Shown here one piece after another: positions 49,763 to 60,900 of a stretch of DNA of 64,000 nt. The notes under the pieces are model-generated. The model ran no database searches. It had not been told where the DNA came from and worked only from the letters and a program-made list of their open reading frames with translations. The position numbers and the translations under genes are program-made. The stretch is from Cyanophora paradoxa CCMP329 (Eukaryota; Plantae; Glaucophyta): contig QPMI01000163.1 in assembly GCA_004431415.1 (NCBI GenBank), positions 62,001 through 126,000 of the forward strand, in the 5' to 3' direction. Every line of letters starts with the position of its first letter. The stretch's first letter is position 1.

Positions 49763-51990
49763 TCAGGCGACGAGATGCCACTCGTGGCCCGCAAAGCCCG
49801 GGGCCGGCGGGGCGTCGGAGAAGGCGAAGGGGCCGAGGGGGGCCCCCGCGCTGGGTACCCCGAAGAAGCTGAGGGGGCCGACGATGGGGACGGGGAGCGC
49901 GTGGGGTCCGGCGGGCGAGGCGAGGCCGTGGGGCTCCCAGGGCTGCTCGAGGCGCCACCCGCAGGCGAGCGGCCCCGCCCCGGCGCCGTGCCCCTGCAGC
50001 GGCACGAAGAGGAGCGGGCCGCCCCGCGAGCTCGAGACGGGCGGGAGGCAGAGGCCGTGCGCGCCGCTCCGCAGCGGGGGGAAGGCGGGGCAGAGGGGCG
50101 CCTCGGGGTCGGGGCCGGGGCAGGGGGCGTGGGGCGGGGAGACGGCGACGTAGGGCTCGAGGTCGGCCGCCTCGTCGGCGAGGGAGCTCGCCGTCGTGGC
50201 GCTCGGCGGGCTCAGCTCGTCAAACGCCACCTCGGGCCCCTCGCCCCCGTGCCCGTGGCTGCGGCCGAGGAGGGCGCCGGGGAGGGCGAGCTTGAGGTGG
50301 CCCCCGGGCGGGGCGCCCCCGAGCAGCTCCAGCTGCTCCGCCAGCTCCTCGCTCGAGATGTACGAGGGCGCCGTCCCGGGGCTCCCCGCCTCCGAGCTCC
50401 CGCCCGACGCCCACCCGCCCGCCCCGGGCCCCTCCTCCGCCTCCGCCTTCACCCGCTCCGCCACCGCGCCCCGCGGGGAGCGGCCGGCCTGCCCGCACCC
50501 CCGCGGCGATCGCGAGCTCGAGGCGGCGGGCGCGCGCGCGGCCGGCCCCGGGGGCGGCCGGCGGTCGTCGCGCTCGGACTCGCTGGCGGCGCCGGCGCTG
50601 GCCATGGCCATGGCGGCGGGGCGCTGGCGCCCGATCGCGAGCTCGCCGGGGGCCGGGGCCGGGGCCGGGGCCGGGGCCGGCGGCGGCGGCTGCGCCTCGT
50701 CGGAGCTCTTGCGATCGCGATCGGCGAGCTCCGGCTGCCCGTCCTCGAGCTCCGCGTCGAGCTCCTCCTCCTCCCCGCGCGGCCGCGAGCGCTGCGCCAC
50801 GCGCTCCCGCGCCTTGCGCAGCCGCACGCTCATCTCCTCGTGGCTCGGGTTCCCCCGGCTCTCCCGCTGGTGCGCCTGCTTCCTCCGGATCGTGCTGTTC
50901 CACCTGCGCGCGCCCCCAAGCGTCAGCTCCGCGCTCTTCCTGCTCGCCCCCGCCCCGCCCCGCCGGGCCCCCGCACCTGTTCTTGATCGCGTTGTCGCTG
51001 CGGCCCTTGAGATACTTCGCAACTGCGAGAAAACGACGGGTCAGCTGCCCATGCAGCGCATGTAAACGAATATTGATCCAAAAATTTCGAATCTCAACAA
51101 TCTATAGAGGGAGAGGGATACGCGGCCAAGGGCCCGCGGCGCGGCCGGGTGCTTGCACGCAAGGAACCCTAGAGCTCGGCTTAATCTTGTATAATTACGG
51201 GGTCAAGACTCACTTTCTGCCCACCTGCGAGAAACGAAAGAATTAAACATGAAAACGACGGCGATCAGAGCCGCGGCCGCGGGAGTAACTTTAAGCAGGG
51301 CAAAGAGGGGGCACGCACTTGTTGCCGACGCGTTTGTGCACTTCGACGAGCAGCTCATCCTCGCTCTCTGTCCAGGGGGAGTCCTTCAGCTGCGGGTCCA
51401 GGTGGTTTCTGCGCCAGTGGCGAATGGTCATGATCAGCACCCAAAAATGCATACGCCGCAGCCTGGCAGAACCCGACGTCGACACCCCAATTTAAATTCA
51501 TTTTCAAGGAAGCAATCATAAATTTTCACGCACAGCCAGCGCTCGCGGCACTGCTTTCCCGTCCGGTTTCCAAGAGTGCTCGCTATCGCCGACCACTGCG
51601 CATATTAAATAGACCGCAGAGGGATCACGTCAGCTCGAGGTCGCGGGCAGAGCGAGGAGCTCGAGGCTTCGTTATGGGAGTGCTCGCCTTCGGTCCGTGC
51701 TGCTTCACCAGGACTCCGAGCTTTTCTGCGCACGCCGCGCGCATTCGTATTTCAGTCACCGTGCCATATATATGCATGCCGATTCCGGGCCGGGATCCAG
51801 GAACAAATAGACATAGGCATGTCTATATGTCTATAGCTAAATTTGGTATCGATATCGGCAAAACTTGAGTCTCACCATCTTCTGCTGCGCTCCACGAGCC
51901 GCCAGCCCCGCGACGCGAGGAGCCGCATCGGGTGGGGCTGTAATCGTCGTCCTCTGAGCAAGAGCTCATGTCCCTCCTTCGCTTCGACAT
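49763..51990 (-). CDS. Two-repeat (R2R3-type) MYB transcription factor
   Basis: Spliced GSWSAAED|EKLGVLVKQHGPK|WSAIASTLGNRTGKQCRERWL|NHLDPQLKDSPWTESEDELLVEVHKRVGNK|WAEI|AKYLKGRSDNAIKNR|WNSTIRRK. Confidence 0.92.
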
Positions 51991-53691
51991 CGCTCCGAGG
52001 CTCAACCTCGACCGCGCTCAGGCTTCTGCGCACGTATACGTACGTGAATATCAGCCATGAGGCTCTCCATGCAGGATCGCGCCGAGAAAAACACTTGCGC
52101 GCGGATGGCCGCGGGCAGTAGACACATACATATGCCGCTGTGCGCAGCTGCTAATTATAAAAGGGCACAAATTTATCGGGATGCAAGCGCGCCTGCAGCT
52201 GGTATCTCGCGGCTCCAGAGAAATCTCGCGGCTTTCCGGGGATCAGCCCTGGGCCTTCGATTCTACGTCTCCTTTAGCTTGTTTTACGCCGAGAAGAACG
52301 CCAAACTGTTCCGTCGTGCCGAGCGGTGACCGTAGTACGCGGACAGTGGAGCTGGCGATGGTACTAGCGTTCGTGTGCTGCGGTGCACGCGCACGGCGCA
52401 CGACCGTCGAGGCGCAGTCGATATACCGTATAGCGCCTCGATCGCCGACTCGACGCCGAGTCGAGCCTAGGCCTCGGATGATATCGATGATATCGATGGA
52501 GACCGCGCGACGACCTTCGGCTCACTAAGTTCGCGTATACCGTAGTAGTAGTACGCATACCGTGATACGTATACAAACTTCGGAAGTACTGCAGCTGCGT
52601 ATATACAGTATACGAAGTTACTAGTACTGTCACAGTGTATTACTAACTTACGAACCCGGCGTTGAACGCGTGCGGATGCCATGATGGTGCGGTCCGGTCA
52701 CCGGGTGGTAGGGTTGGTGAATTTCATGAAATTCAAAAATTTGGCGTTGAAACTGAAAGTCGACCCTTTGAAAGCTTTGAAAATTCAATTGAACTTTCAA
52801 TCCGCAGAGCAGCACGTGCAGGGACCCTACGCACTGCGGAGAGTCTCTTTCACACTAAACTGTCTCTAATGGACTTCGCTCTCACTCTCTGAGTCTCTTT
52901 ACGGGCTGGGAGGGCTCCTGGGAAGGCCGGAGGGGCTGGGAAGGGGAAGCTGGGGGTGCAAAAACGGATAAATTCAATATATTTTATTAAATTTATATTC
53001 TATTTCAATGCAATTTCAACGGACGGCATTGAAACTGAAATTGAAATTTCAATGTCAATGCAATTTCAATGGCTTGAAATTTCAAGCGGCCAACCCTACC
53101 GGGTGGCCATGGCCGGGCCGGCATGGCCATGGGGGAGCGGCGAGCTCGAGCTCGTCGGAGCCTCGTCCAAACTTTGAAAACGCCCATCGGCCACGGTCAC
53201 TGTACATGTACAGTGATGATGTACTACAAAGCAGGAAATATTTAAGATCTAGACCCCGGGCGCCGGCCCGCGCGCGCGCGCGCGCGCGCGGCCCGCGCGC
53301 GCAGCCCATATGCATGCGCATGGCCAGCTGCAGGCTGCAGCCGGGCCCATGCCAGGCGCCGGCCCGGGCCAATCCACAGTTCGATTCAGAGATTGGACGA
53401 CGGAAAAAACGCTCTCTCTAAGAAACTGATTGGCGGTTTACAAGGCCACGACTTATAACACGTATATATATATACCAGTACGGGGGATCGAGGACCCGAG
53501 AGCCCGCGGCCGCGGCCGGCTAGGCTCGCAATCGGCTACATCTATAGCTAGCACGATCTAGCCCGGCCAAGCCGCGGGCCGTCAATCTCGTAAGTCCGAT
53601 CCACCGTACGTGCACGTGTACGTACTATAGCTACGCGTACGGTACTATAGCTACGGTCACCGGGTACCGGTATAACCGGTGACCGCGGCCG

Positions 53692-53738
53692 CGGCCGCGG
53701 CGCCGGGCCCGGTCGGACCGGGCCCGGCGCCGCGGCCG
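53692..53738. repeat. Perfect inverted repeat, 23-bp arms with a 1-nt spacer
   Basis: cggccgcggcgccgggcccggtc-g-gaccgggcccggcgccgcggccg. Confidence 0.9.
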
Positions 53739-53800
53739 GCGGCCGCCGGCCGCCCGTCCCGGCCGGGGCCGGCCCTCCCGGGCCGTATACGTGTATACGT

Positions 53801-54129
53801 TGTGCCATCCACTTCACGACTCGCTCGGCTCGTCGGCTAGTCCTCTAGCTCTTAGCTAGGCCCTTGGCCTCTGCTCCCTTATTTAGCCCTGTCCTCTGGG
53901 CCTATACCCTTGTACGCGTTGCCATCTGGTCCAGCGACCATCTTAGCACGCTCAGAATAGCCCTAGCACTATGACTAGCCTCGCTGTAGCTATGTCTGGT
54001 GCTATATCTGTTCCCTCTGTACTCAATCCTACCGAGACTCTGCTGCTCCGTCGCACTGGTGCTGCTCAGCCTCTTGCCATCAACCTGCCTGCTCAGGTCT
54101 GCACTGGGCGTGCTTCTCTTAGCCGCGCA
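53801..54129. mobile_element. Possible solo LTR of a second family
   Basis: 329 bp bounded by TGTGC...GCGCA and flanked by ACGT on both sides (53797-53800, 54130-54133). The interior is less palindromic than its flanks. Confidence 0.35.
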
Positions 54130-54474
54130 ACGTACGTGCACGTGATCCGATCTAAGCCTTGCGCTAGTTATAGATCTACTAGGCTAGATATAGCCATAAA
54201 GCCTAGAGGCTAGCGCTCATGATCAAGCTCATGATCAGCTGGCAGGCGGCTTGCAACTTTTAAGTTGCAAGGAGCCAATTGCAAGGGCTCGAGCCACTGG
54301 CCCACTAGTAGTAGTCTAGTGCTACTGGACTTCGGGTAATATTTGCGGTACAGAAATATTTGCGGATTTGTGAAAATAGCTGTTTTACGGTACTGTTATT
54401 ATTTGCGGGTGCCGGCCGAACCCTCCCTTAGCGGGCGCCAGCGGAGGCCCCCCGCCCCCCGCGCCCCTGCCCGC

Positions 54475-54902
54475 TGTTCGATCTTAAATGAGGCTCTCCC
54501 CAGGCATATTCAGCCTCTAGAGCACTCTAGAACCCTGGTGACTGAGCCCCAGCCTTCACACGCAGAGATACAGACCTGGACAGTCGGATTCCCAGACACA
54601 GGAGCCCGAGGCACAGACGCCTGGCTCGTAGGCACACGCTGACTCGTGTACATGGCTGCAAGAGGGCTTATATAGGCTAGGCTAGGAAGCTTCTCGAGGG
54701 GCTGGCCGACTGCGGCTAGCCTCGGAATATTCACGAATAACTAGCCCTAGAAGCTTCTCGAACATCTAGCCCTAGCCGCCCTGTCTAGGGGTACATGATC
54801 CTGCGCTTGCTAAGGGTACATGATTCTGTATTACAATGAGTCACGCCCTGATCATGAGTTCGATCACGATCACGAAGCTAGCGCTTCAAAGCGACCACAA
54901 CA
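54475..54902 (-). repeat. 3' LTR
   Basis: Direct repeat of 63488-63915; no mismatch found by eye. Confidence 0.97.
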
Positions 54903-54964
54903 TTCGTCCTAGCACCAACGTGACGTCCTCGTCACGAAAACGACCACAACATACGGGCCTAGCA

Positions 54965-57900
54965 CTAAGCCATAGGCATAGATAACTCAACAGGACGCCC
55001 ACGCAAACGCGTCACATGCACTACAAAAGACTCTCCTGGTCTATGATGTACACGCACATCGTCCGCAAACGACGTTACCCTCACTCTAGATCTCGAAATG
55101 ACTTCTTGCACAAAATAGGGGCCGCTCCAACCCGAAGCGTTCGGAAGTCCAGGCTTCTTTGAACGATCGGTCGGCACGAAAAGATCCACGGGCTGTCCAG
55201 CCATAAACTGTCGCTTGCGACCTCGATTGATATTGACATGCGTATGCCGCATGCGAAGTCCTTGCCGGAACATGTTCAGAAAAGCTTGCTCCCGATCAAA
55301 TTTCTGACGGGTACGCAATTCCGTCACCAACGTACTGTAGCCCTCCTTGCTCAGCGATCGCAGTCGGTCGGCCTCAGTAGCGACCGGCCCAACTCGTTCG
55401 CTGAACAGTGGAACGAAGCTAGGAGCTTTCGCCTTAGTCGGCTGTGCCACCGTTGACTCCGCCGCGCGAGCTCTGTCCCTTGGATGAGCACGCGTGGACG
55501 GCGTCGTCCAGTGCGCTCCCGGAGCGTCGAACTGCAACTTGTCAAGCTTGGCAATCAGTACTGCCGCCGCGGGTGCTGCGATCCGCCAGCGACAATGCAA
55601 TGGTTGCCGTCGCTTGCTTGTCACCATCGAGCACTCAGACCAGCAAGTCCCATCCCATCGCCAGATCGTGTGTGAGTCCTCCTTATCGTTCTCCGCCGCC
55701 GTCTTGCCCGGACCGAACGCCAGCGCAGATGGCGAAGGGGCCAACTGCGCCGCGCCCGATCCCAGAGTCGCCAGCGACGAGAACTTGAGATCCAGCGATG
55801 TGAAGGGATCGTAGCCCTTGTGCAGTCGGAACGGAGTGAATCCCGTCGCCGAGTGCTGAGTCGTCCGCATCGCGTGAAGCGCCGCGTCCACCCACTTCGT
55901 CCAGCTGGTCCCGCGGTGCTCCTCCGTGAGCGTACGAATCTTAGCCTCCAACGTCTGATGTCCGCGCTCCAGGGCTCCTTTCGTTTGAGGCGCGTACGCT
56001 GGCATGATGACCAGCCGCACGCCCTTCTCAGCTAGGTATGCTTGCACATCCTTGCTAATGAACGCCGTGCCTTGATCGCACTCGATCTCCAGAGGCAAGC
56101 CATGCTCCTTGAACTCCGCCTCAAGAGCCTCGATCACGGTGCGACTATTAGCCACCGGCTTGACATGCGCCATCATCCACTTCGAAAACACGTCCTCTAG
56201 CGTGATCAGCGACTTAGCATCTTGTCCAGCAAACTTAACCTCATCGATCTGCCAGCGCTGCATCGGTCGAGATGCAAATCTAGGCGTCGGCTTCGCCTCC
56301 GTCGCTCGATCAAATTTCTGATTCCGGCATGGTTCGCAGGTCGACACGAACTTGCGAATGCTCTCCCGCATCCGAGGCCAGTAAAACTTCATGTTCACTC
56401 GTTTGACTGTCGCATGGTAGCCGCCGTGACCCGCGCCGTAACCGCTGTGCGCCTCACGAACGATTTCGGATCGCAGGGCCGTCGGGACCACGATGCGCGT
56501 CAACTCCTTGTCTTGCAGCCGCGAGACGTGGAGGAGGAGACCTCCAGGTCCGAGTTTGTAATCTTGAGCACGTTGTGCGAGATCCGATCGCGTTTTCGCA
56601 GGGAGCTTCGAGATCGACTTCTCCCCTGCCAACCAAGCGATGAGCGGCGCTAGCGTCCGGTCTGCCCGCTGAGCGTCGCGCAACCTAGAGCTAGGCAAGC
56701 TCGTCGGCTGTTCGCTTACGTTGGCGACCGCAGGAGCTGCCGCCGGCTGGAACCGTCGCTTCGCCAAGCGCCGGCCAGCACAGAGCGAGCAGGCATCAAC
56801 TACGGCGCGAACTCGTCGCACGAGCCAGCCAGGCGCAGGCGCGGACTCCCCGGCCACGGCCTGAACTGCTGCGCGCAAGGTCGCTCGGAATCCCAGGCAC
56901 GTTACTTGTCCTGCCCTTGGTCGCTTCCCTGGCTGAGTAGCGATGTCTGGCGTTGCCGTCCGCAGATGCAGACGCTTGACGTCGTCGTCCGTGAGAGGGA
57001 GCGACACCAAGTTCTTTTTCCAGCTCCGAGTCCCCAGCGGGCGGCCGAACCGCGCAGTGCTCTCCTGCACTGACGCGACTCGCGGCGCCTCCGTCTTGTC
57101 CTTGAGCCGGTGCGCCACCTCCCGCTTGCGAAGGAACTCCGAGATAGCCAGACGATCGCCCTTGCTAGCCAAGAGAGCGACTAGAGCTTCGCCAGCCAGC
57201 TGCTGGAGTGACGGGGGGCTGGGCCCGACGCGCTTAGTAGCGATTGCCTCCTGCAATGCGCTGACCAAGTCGCAATCGACCGCAGCCTGGGTGTAGCCCA
57301 CGTCGACGTGACCAGCGGCTGGTGCCGAAGCTGCGACGGACGAGACGACAGCTGCAGCTGCTGGCTTGTTCGTCCTAGCACCGCAAGCTTCGTTCGTCCT
57401 AGCACCGAAGAATGGGTCAGGGTCCGTCTCCGTCGCCTTATCCACTTTCGTGTACTTCTCATAAAGTCGCGACAGGACATCGGGCTCGATGTTCTTCGTG
57501 CCCTTCACGTACTCAATGTCAAACGGCATGAACCGCATGAGTCGTTCGGCCCACTTGGCGTGACGATTCGCGACTGCACCACTGAGTTGGTACGTCGGCC
57601 GCAATACCGTCAGCAACGCCTTGTGATCTGTGCGCAGGGTAAAGCGCCCCAGCTCCAGATACGGCCGATACTGCTCAGTGACGGCCCACACCACTGCAGC
57701 TGCTTCCAGGTCTGTCACTGAATAATTGCGTTCCGAGTCCCTTGTCGCTCGACTCGCGCAACTGACAAGGTACTCCAGACCGCGAATGTCCTTCTGCTTC
57801 AGGACCGCGCCGAATCCGTCGACACTGGCGTCGGTCTGAAGTATGAACGGACGAGTGAAGTCGGGGTACCGCAACACGGGCGCCGAGGTGAGAGCTTTCT

Positions 57901-60900
57901 TCAACGCCTCGAACGCTGCCTGCTGAGCGTCCCCCCAGGCCCAAGGTGTGCGAGCCTTCAAGAGAGATGTCAGCGGGGCTGCCGTGTTGCTGAAGCCCTT
58001 GATGAACCGCCGATAGTACGACGCGAAACCGATAAACCCCCGAAGCTGGCGCACGTTCCGCGGCCGCGGCCAGTCGTGGAGTACGGCCACCTTTTTCGGA
58101 TCCACTTTCACGCCCTCCGCGTTGACAATGTGGCCTAGCAGCTCCACCTCCGGTTTCGCGAAGTGACATTTCGACGGCTTCACCTTGACGTTCGCCTTGC
58201 GAAGGCGACTGAACACCTCGACAAGGTCCGCTGCGTGCTCCTCGACGTCCTTTGCAAAAATCACTACATCATCGATGTATATACAACATACACTCCATTT
58301 CAGGTCGGATAACAGCAAATCCATCGCTCTTTCGAAGCTCTGCGGCGCTCCGCAGAGGCCCATCGGCATTCTGAGCCACTCATGCAAGCCGTCAGGTGTG
58401 ACAAAGGCTGTCTTCTCTCTGTCGTCTTCATGCAGCTCGAGCTGATGAAATCCCGACAGGAGATCGATCGTCGAGAAGATCACGGCGCCTTGCAACGTGT
58501 CCAGGATGTCGTCCACCCGTGGGAGAGGGTACGAGTCTCGTTTTGTTATCGCATTCAGTTGTCGATAGTCAACGCAGAACCTCCACGTGCCGTCCTTCTT
58601 CTTGGCCAAGACGACAGGGAAGGCCCATTGAGACTTCGAAGGTTGGATGAGCCCTTGATCGAGCATCTCCTGCACCTTCTTACGAATCTCCTCCCGCCGC
58701 ACAGGGTCGACATGCCGAGGAGGTACGCGGATCGGTCGATGATTGCCTGTATCGATCCGGTGCGCGAACTCCTTGGGCATCGTTTTGTTGGGGTCTAAAG
58801 TCGACGAGAATATATCTCGGAAATAATATAGAACTGCATACACTTGCCTCCGGACCTCGTCCGGCAAGCTATCTGTTCCTACATCGAGCTTCTGCTTAAG
58901 CTCCTTCCACTCCGGATCGTTTTCACGCTCTGTACACTCGCTGCACTTTCCACACCAACATACTGGAATATCTAATTGCTTCTTCTTCACAGCCTGGGCC
59001 AAGGCTGCAACGATCGGGCCACGTCCTTTGCGTCTGGCATCTCCTCCGACGCCGTTTTCTAAAATCGTGTGAATTTCTACTTTCGATGCATCGGTCCAAT
59101 AACCAACTAACGTATCCTTTCGCAGCATTACGGTCTTGCTGGAGGGGTTCAGCACGCGTACAGTGCAGACGCCCTCATCGAACTTTCCTATCGTATTCGA
59201 AAGATATATACGATGCCGAGTATGAAAAAGCTCGTCTCTTTCTATCAATCCTGCTGTGCCGTCCTTCGGCTGTCTGATACTATCTCGCAGCACTACCTGA
59301 ACATTCTTCTCGGACATTGGCGGCACTTTACAATCTGCGGCCACCGTCATTGCTGGTGCCGAGCTGCCGTCCAACTCGATCTTGACGTGCTGATCGAGCT
59401 TGTCCTTGTGCTGCAGGACCCCATCTACGAGATCTACTACCCAGCGATTCGTCTTGATGAAGTCGGCGCCTAGAATCAGGTTCGTGGGAAGAGTCTTCCA
59501 CACGAAAAACGGCTGATTCACGTGTAGCAGGCTGCCGAGCTTGATGTTCAGGTCGATCATCCCCAAACATCTGACTGGCGACCCGTCCGCGGTTGCGAAC
59601 GAGGCCGTGAAGGTCTTGTTAATCTTGGACTCCAATCCGTATTTCTTGATGACCTTCTCTGAGACGATGGAGAACGCAGCGCCCGTGTCCACCAACGCCA
59701 TGATGGGCTCGGCCGCGTCGTTGACTCGCACCGTCACGTTGGCGTGCACACCACGTCGGAGGTGGACGTTGCGGATGGCGGCGGCCGTCTCCCTGAGTCG
59801 TTCGAGGTAGGCGGCCACGCCCCTGTCGTCCACCGCGACGGGCGGCATGTGCACAGCTCCGACCTTGCCGAGGAAGACTAACGACTTGCGTGCAGTCTTG
59901 ACGGTCTTCTTCAGCTGGGTCGAGGCTGCGTTCGCTGGGGCAACGCGTGGATCTGTACCAGCGCGCTGCAAGTCACGTTCGAGTAGGCCCCTCCGGCCCT
60001 TGACACCTTGTTCGGTCCGTGCATTGTCGATCGGGTCGTCGGCAAGACGTCTCTCCGGACGTTTCCGTTGCTTGACCACGTACTCCTCAGGCACGTAGCC
60101 TCCTCGCCGAGCTGGCCCGCCAGGCGGAGTCGACGGGGGATCGTTCTCCGCTGGGGTGGCTCTCTCCTTCGACGACGGACCAGGAGCACCTCCAGTCGGC
60201 TCCGAGGGCCGAACACTGCTTCCGGGCGTCCCCTTGGCAGCTCCATCCGCAGGGCGCCTCCTGGAAGTCCCCTCTCTGGCTCCTATGCCCCCCGGCCGCG
60301 GCGACAACGCTGAGCCTGCGCCCGCCTTGTGCGGCCCCGGGCAGGCCTGGCCGTGCGCCCTCTTCTCCGAGTCGCACGCCACCTCTCTCGCACTCAGATT
60401 CACCGAGTGTACGCCCTCGCTCAGATTCACCGAGTGGGCACGCTTCTGACCGCGCCCAGCTCCACTGGACCGGTCCGCTCGCTCTTTGGCCGCAGATTCA
60501 CTGCGCCTAACATCACGACGCTCAGATTCACCGAGCTGCCGGCTATTCTTCACGCGCGACTCGACTGCATCGAGTCCGCCATTCACTTCGCTCTGCTTCC
60601 GATCCGGATCTAACACTCGCGGACGCTCAGATTCACCGAGCTCCGACTCACGCATCATAAGGCCCGATACATATGCCGCAATACTCGCTATAGGTGCGGG
60701 CATCTCCATCCCGTACCATGCATCTTCATGATCTTGCACGAAACAGATCGATTTGCTGCACTCGCTGCAGTGCTCGCTGGCGCTTTCCGACACCAAATCC
60801 GAGTCTGCTTCCGACTCCGAATCTGAATCAAGGTTCGCCAAAACCGAAAATCGATTGCTAGTATTTACACTACGCGCAGCTCCGATGCTGACGGGCGGAG

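Noticed and set aside
3616-50986. Dozens of long overlapping Arg/Gly/Pro/Ala-rich ORFs on both strands
   Set aside because: Expected from extreme GC content and scarce stop codons. Real coding frames switch at introns and carry recognisable motifs.
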